Shown: piece after piece, positions 59,403 to 64,000 of the stretch
Layout of the letters: each line of letters opens with the position of its first letter
Position numbering within the stretch: the first letter of the stretch is position 1
Origin: an uncultured delta proteobacterium
GTDB lineage: Bacteria; Desulfobacterota; Desulfomonilia; UBA1062
Direction of reading: 5' to 3'
Assembly: GCA_963785235.1 (NCBI GenBank)
Contig: CAWAUM010000002.1
Location: forward strand, 96,001 to 160,000
Length of the DNA: 64,000 bases
Translations under genes and position numbers: made by a program
Notes under the pieces: model-generated
Told to the model about the DNA's origin: nothing
Databases searched by the model: none
What the model saw: the letters and a program-made list of their open reading frames with translations, nothing else

Positions 59403-60797
59403 CTACCGCAACCGCCATTTCAGGTATCCGTCGATGGAGGCGATGGCATCCTGGGGGTTCCGGTAAACCGCAAGCCCTGCGTCTCTGAAGATGGAGAACA
59501 TCCGGATGCGCACCTCTTCGATGTCGAGGATGTTTTCGGTAAACTGCGACAGGATGGGGATGACCGGCTTGTTGATCTTCCGGCAGGCCTCTACGATGGT
59601 GTGCGGGCCGCTCTCGATCTGGTCTTTCTGAAAGGACGTAATGAAGTCCAGAGAAAAGTAGGGGATGATGGCATCGATGTTATCATCCCCGGCCATGGCC
59701 TCGATGGTATGGGCCATGATGGTGAAATCAAAGCCGTAGAACCCGAGATCAACCGGATTGGTGGTGCTGGTGTTCACATTGCTGATACGTTCGCTGATGC
59801 GCCTCTGCGCTTCCTGCGACAGTTCGGGCAGCGGCAGGCCTGCCTGCGATGAGAAATCGGAGAAGAGCACCGAGGTGCCACCCCCGGCGCCAAGGAACCC
59901 AAGCCTGGGTCCCGCAGGGGTTTTCTCGGAAATGGCCATCATAGTGAGGTCTACCAGCTGTTCGAAATTCAGTGCCGCTATGCCATTGGATTGCTTCATG
60001 ACAGCAGTCCAGATCTCATGGTTTGCCGCCATGGCGCCTGTGTGGGATGCCGCCGCCTTGGCCCCTTGTTCCGTGATTCCCCCCTTGAGGATGACCACCG
60101 GCTTTTTCCTTGTCGTTTTATTCAAGGCATCCATGAAGCGCCTTGAGTTCTTGATGTCTTCAATATAGGCGGCAATCACCTTTACCGTATCATCCTCGGC
60201 CAGGTATTCCAGATAATCCTCCACCTTCAGGTCGATCTGGTTGCCATACGAGACTACCTTATTGAGCTCGAGTTTGCGGGAATGGGCCATGCGCATGAAG
60301 TTGTGGGTCATGCCGCCGGACTGACCAAGAAAGGCCACATTGCCGATGCCGGTAATAGGGGACTTGGGGATGTCACAGGTAATGGAGGCCTCAGTGCAAT
60401 GGATGCCTATGCAGTTGGGTCCGATGATCCTCGTGCCGCCCTTGGCTGCAGCGTCGAGTAGTGCCTTTTCAAGTTCGATATTTCCGATCTCGGAAAAGCC
60501 CGATGTGAAGAAGTGAAGGTATTTGATTCCCTTACGGGCCGCCGCCTCCGCCGTTTCCAGGGCCTTGTTGGCCGGCACGCTTGCGATGGCGAGATCTACC
60601 GCTTCCGGGACATCGTCCAGAGACGCATATACCTTGACCCCGTTTATATCCGTGTACTTCGGGTTGACAGGATACAACCTTCCCTTGTAGCCGGCCCACT
60701 GGAGTATCTGATAGTAAGGCATCTTTCCGCCTCCCAGGTGTGGGGAGGCACCTATAACCGCAACACTCTCAGGATGAAAAAGCCTCTGAAGATCCAT
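59403..60797 (-). CDS. Acyl-CoA synthetase (NDP-forming) alpha-type CoA-binding protein, no ATP-grasp domain
   Basis: PESVAVIGAS, YPVNP, GPNCIG, QSGG, AAASHTGA (phospho-His), NPVD. Confidence 0.88.
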   Translation of the reverse strand: MDLQRLFHPESVAVIGASPHLGGGKMPYYQILQWAGYKGRLYPVNPKYTDINGVKVYASLDDVPEAVDLAIASVPANKALETAEAAARKGIKYLHFFTSGFSEIGNIELEKALLDAAAKGGTRIIGPNCIGIHCTEASITCDIPKSPITGIGNVAFLGQSGGMTHNFMRMAHSRKLELNKVVSYGNQIDLKVEDYLEYLAEDDTVKVIAAYIEDIKNSRRFMDALNKTTRKKPVVILKGGITEQGAKAAASHTGAMAANHEIWTAVMKQSNGIAALNFEQLVDLTMMAISEKTPAGPRLGFLGAGGGTSVLFSDFSSQAGLPLPELSQEAQRRISERISNVNTSTTNPVDLGFYGFDFTIMAHTIEAMAGDDNIDAIIPYFSLDFITSFQKDQIESGPHTIVEACRKINKPVIPILSQFTENILDIEEVRIRMFSIFRDAGLAVYRNPQDAIASIDGYLKWRLR

Positions 60798-60961
60798 ATG
60801 TACTCCTCATCTATGTTGCACAGGATGTGTTACGAGCATAGCATAATACCAAAACAATAGTAGGTCTACCAGAGATTTATCGCGGGTTCCGAGTCACTGT
60901 TATCCAGGATGGCGCACGAAAGGGCTTGAAACTTTTTTGTCGAACAACTAGAGCATACAGC

Positions 60962-61600
60962 ATGTTTCAAGGGCCGGTCTATTTTAACGCTATGCGGGTT
61001 CCTCTGCCCATGAAGGCCATCTATAAAAGGCTTGGTTTCAAGAAGGGCGTAACCGAACTCAACCCTGCCCAGGAGGATAAGCTTGTGGCTACCATCGACG
61101 AGGCCGCAGGTGCTATTCATCTCAAGGGGGCTGCCTGTATGCTGGAAATTGTCAGGGTTGACCGGTCGGGCGTGGAGTTGGAAGACAGGACGGTCTTTAC
61201 GAGCAGTGCGCTTGCAGGGATGCTTTCCGGTTGCGCTCAGGTGCTGCTCATGGGCGCCACTGCCGGCCAGGAGGTTATGGAAGAGATCTCTTCAGCAACC
61301 CAATCGGAAAACCTGACCCGGGCGGTAATACTCGATGCCGTTGCCAGTGAGATGACAGATTCAGGGCTTGACTGGATAATGGATTTTATGAATCAGGATC
61401 TCATGCGGAAAGCAAGACGACTTACAAAGGCCCGGTTTTCTGCAGGCTACGGGGATTTTTCCCTGGAGAATCAGAAGGCTATCCATGCGCTGCTCCATCT
61501 GGACAAGATCGGCGTTTCCATTACGGACAGATTCATTCTCATGCCGGAAAAGAGTGTCACCGCAGTTGCCGGGATTGTAGTATTGAGAGAAAACAGGTAG
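60962..61600 (+). CDS. Stand-alone methionine synthase reactivation-domain protein
   Basis: LMGATAG, ILDAVASE, RFSAGYGDF, IGVSIT...LMPEKSVTA. Lies upstream of metH. Confidence 0.85.
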   Translation: MFQGPVYFNAMRVPLPMKAIYKRLGFKKGVTELNPAQEDKLVATIDEAAGAIHLKGAACMLEIVRVDRSGVELEDRTVFTSSALAGMLSGCAQVLLMGATAGQEVMEEISSATQSENLTRAVILDAVASEMTDSGLDWIMDFMNQDLMRKARRLTKARFSAGYGDFSLENQKAIHALLHLDKIGVSITDRFILMPEKSVTAVAGIVVLRENR

Positions 61601-61619
61601 TTTGCAAGAGAGGTAATGA

Positions 61620-64000
61620 GTGAACACAAAACTCAAGATACAAAAGATGATCCGGCAAGGACTGGTTATCCTTGACGGGGCTACCGGCACGGAGCTCCAG
61701 GCTCAAGGTATGCCCGAAGGTGTGTCGCCCGAGTTGTTCTGCATCAGAAACCCCCAGGCCATCAAGTCCGTGCACAGAGGCTATCTCGATGCGGGCTCGG
61801 ATATCATCTATACCTGCACCTTCGGGGCGAACAGGTACAAGCTCGCCGATTACGGGTTATCCGATGCCTATGATGTGAACCGCGCTCTGGCGGTTATTGC
61901 CCGGGAAGCTGCCGGGAAGAATGGCCTTGTTGCAGGGGATATGGGGCCCACAGGGAGATTCGTGGAACCCTTCGGGGACCTTGATTTCGAGGATGCGGTC
62001 ACATGCTATAAAGAGCAGGCGCAAGGGCTTCTAGACGGTGGTGTAGACCTGTTCGTAATAGAGACCATGATAGACTTGCAGGAGACCAGGGCCGCCCTCA
62101 TTGCCATCAAGGAGATCTCGGCAAAGTTCACGATCTGTTCCATGACCTTTGATGCCTCAGGCCGGACGCTCAACGGCACGGATACCGTCTCGGCCCTGAT
62201 CACCCTCCAGGCCCTGGGTGCTGATGTTTTCGGGTGCAACTGCTCGGCAGGCCCGAAAGAGATGATCCCTCTGATCCGGGGGATGAAACCCCTTGCAAAG
62301 GTGCCCCTGGTGGCAAAGCCCAATGCCGGGCTGCCAAGGCTCAAAGATGGCAAAACGGTTTTCGATATGGACCCGCAGGAGTTTGCAGGATTTGCCCATG
62401 ACCTGGTGGATGCCGGGGCCAATCTCCTGGGGGGATGCTGCGGTACGACCCCTGAGCATATCAGGGTGCTGAAAAAGAGGTGCCGGGATCTTACACCGCA
62501 AGCCCCAACCGTGAAATCCCTAAGTGCCCTCAGCTCGCATTCAAAGACCGTGATGCTGGGCAGGGGTGGTCCGCTTGCCGTTATCGGAGAGCGCATTAAC
62601 CCCACGGGCAAAAAGGACCTCCAGCAGGAGCTCCTGGCGGGCACATTTTCTCTTGCCTGCTCATTTGCACGGGACCAGGTGAAAAAGGGTGCGTCCGTCA
62701 TCGATGTGAATGTGGGCATGCCGGGCCTTGATGAGACTGCAACCTTGACGCAGGCGGTAAAGCAGATAACCCTGAGCACTGAAGCGCCCCTGTGTCTTGA
62801 CACATCCCGCCTTGATTCCCTTGAGGCTGCCTTGAGGATCTATCCGGGCAGGGCGCTGATCAATTCCATCTCCGGAGAGGAGAATACCCTTGAGGAACGC
62901 TTGAGGCTGGCTGCATTCTACGGGGCCATGTTTATCCTTCTGCCCATCACGGGCAGGGCTGTACCCAAGACGTCAACCGAACGAAGCACAATCATCAAGG
63001 GCATCTATAAAAAGGCCTTGAAGTTCGGATTCCAGAAAGATGATATCATTGTGGATGCCCTTACCATGGCGGTATCTGCAGATGGATCAGCCGCCCTTGA
63101 GACGCTCAAGACCATTGAGTGGTGCACCGATAAATTCGGGGTAAAAACCGTTGTGGGGCTCTCGAACGTCTCTTTCGGGTTGCCCGAGAGGAAGTGGGTC
63201 AACGCCTCATTCATGGCCATGGCCATCTGCAACGGGCTTACGAGCGCCATAGCGAATCCGGAAAGTGTCGAGCTCATGAACATCAAGAGGGCCGGTGATG
63301 TGCTTACAGGAAGGGATAAAGACGCCGCCGCCTTCATTGCCCATTTCAGCGGCTCACAAGAGGCTTCGCTAGGCGTGACGCTGGCCGCCTCACCCAGGAG
63401 TATGGAAGAGCAGGTATACCAGGCCATCGTCGAGGGGAACAGGGATGGCGTTCTGGCCCTTATCAGAAATGTCATCGAACAAGGACGCTCAGCCAGGGAT
63501 CTTGTGGATGAGGTGATGATCCCTGCCATTCAGAAGGTGGGCGATCTCTATGAGAAGAAGACGTATTTCCTTCCCCAGCTCATAGCCAGCGCTGAGACCA
63601 TGAAGCGCGGCTTCGAATTTCTCCAGCCGCAATTAAAGAAGGAAGGCGCCTCTACGGCCGGAAAGGGAAAGATCATCCTTGCCACGGTCAAGGGTGATAT
63701 CCACGACATCGGGAAAAACATCGTAGGCTTGATGCTGCAGAATAACGGCTTCGAGGTGATCGATCTGGGCAAAGACATAACCCACGAAGAGCTCCTTGAG
63801 GCGGCCCGAAAACTTAAGCCTGACATTGTCGGCCTTTCAGCCCTCATGACGACAACCATGGTGAACATGCAAGGGGCTCTTGATCTTATGAGACAGGCAG
63901 GCATGTCGTGTGACTACCTGGTGGGAGGGGCTGTCGTGACGGCAGACTATGCCGCCTCCATAGGCGCTCATTATGCCAAAGATGGTGTCGAGGCTGTGCG
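61620..64000 (+). CDS. metH: B12-dependent methionine synthase (Hcy, pterin and cobalamin domains), runs off the window end
   Basis: GTG start with GAGAGG RBS. ILDGATGT, GCNC, PNAGLP, GGCCGT, IGERINPTG, DIHDIGKN, SALMTTT. Still in frame at 64000. Confidence 0.95.
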   Translation, partial: MNTKLKIQKMIRQGLVILDGATGTELQAQGMPEGVSPELFCIRNPQAIKSVHRGYLDAGSDIIYTCTFGANRYKLADYGLSDAYDVNRALAVIAREAAGKNGLVAGDMGPTGRFVEPFGDLDFEDAVTCYKEQAQGLLDGGVDLFVIETMIDLQETRAALIAIKEISAKFTICSMTFDASGRTLNGTDTVSALITLQALGADVFGCNCSAGPKEMIPLIRGMKPLAKVPLVAKPNAGLPRLKDGKTVFDMDPQEFAGFAHDLVDAGANLLGGCCGTTPEHIRVLKKRCRDLTPQAPTVKSLSALSSHSKTVMLGRGGPLAVIGERINPTGKKDLQQELLAGTFSLACSFARDQVKKGASVIDVNVGMPGLDETATLTQAVKQITLSTEAPLCLDTSRLDSLEAALRIYPGRALINSISGEENTLEERLRLAAFYGAMFILLPITGRAVPKTSTERSTIIKGIYKKALKFGFQKDDIIVDALTMAVSADGSAALETLKTIEWCTDKFGVKTVVGLSNVSFGLPERKWVNASFMAMAICNGLTSAIANPESVELMNIKRAGDVLTGRDKDAAAFIAHFSGSQEASLGVTLAASPRSMEEQVYQAIVEGNRDGVLALIRNVIEQGRSARDLVDEVMIPAIQKVGDLYEKKTYFLPQLIASAETMKRGFEFLQPQLKKEGASTAGKGKIILATVKGDIHDIGKNIVGLMLQNNGFEVIDLGKDITHEELLEAARKLKPDIVGLSALMTTTMVNMQGALDLMRQAGMSCDYLVGGAVVTADYAASIGAHYAKDGVEAV

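Noticed and set aside
60895-60960. TTATCCAGGATGGCG resembles the start of a SAM-I riboswitch before met genes
   Set aside because: Kink-turn, GCAACC and closing GAT elements are absent, and there is too little room before the start codon.
1-64000. CRISPR arrays, rRNA, prophage, retron/DGR or defence genes
   Set aside because: No spaced repeats, reverse transcriptase, integrase, nuclease or phage structural motifs were recognised by eye.

Overview
Bacterial chromosomal window, probably from an anaerobic Desulfobacterota/deltaproteobacterium-like organism (inferred from gene order such as recA-pilT-recX-alaS and a long purL with separate purQ). Most of it is housekeeping: his genes, alaS, the recA operon, asnS, tRNA-Gly, purL/Q, moeA, rho-rpmE-prfA-prmC-murA-hisD, smc, moaA and split metH. 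Two accessory blocks stand out. (1) A class III PHA synthase operon, phaE-phaC-[stand-alone double-GAF]-phaJ. (2) A roughly 13 kb block with AT-rich spacers (~34.6-47.5 kb). In it a stand-alone CheB and a PAS sigma54 activator precede general-stress genes (two csbD, BON, DUF748, lmo0937-like and other micro-proteins). These sit behind two copies of a duplicated enhancer plus -24/-12 promoter cassette, apparently giving leaderless mRNAs. This is the best candidate for an undescribed system: a sigma54-run general stress regulon. Other oddities are an abrupt low-GC C-terminal domain in alaS, a probable CC-adding nucleotidyltransferase, an SMC with a non-canonical LSEGE signature and two candidate structured RNAs. 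Seven single-base frameshifts, six of them in short homopolymers and several in core genes, most likely reflect sequencing or assembly error. No CRISPR array, rRNA, integrase or intact transposase was seen. All family calls come from motif recognition, not database searches.
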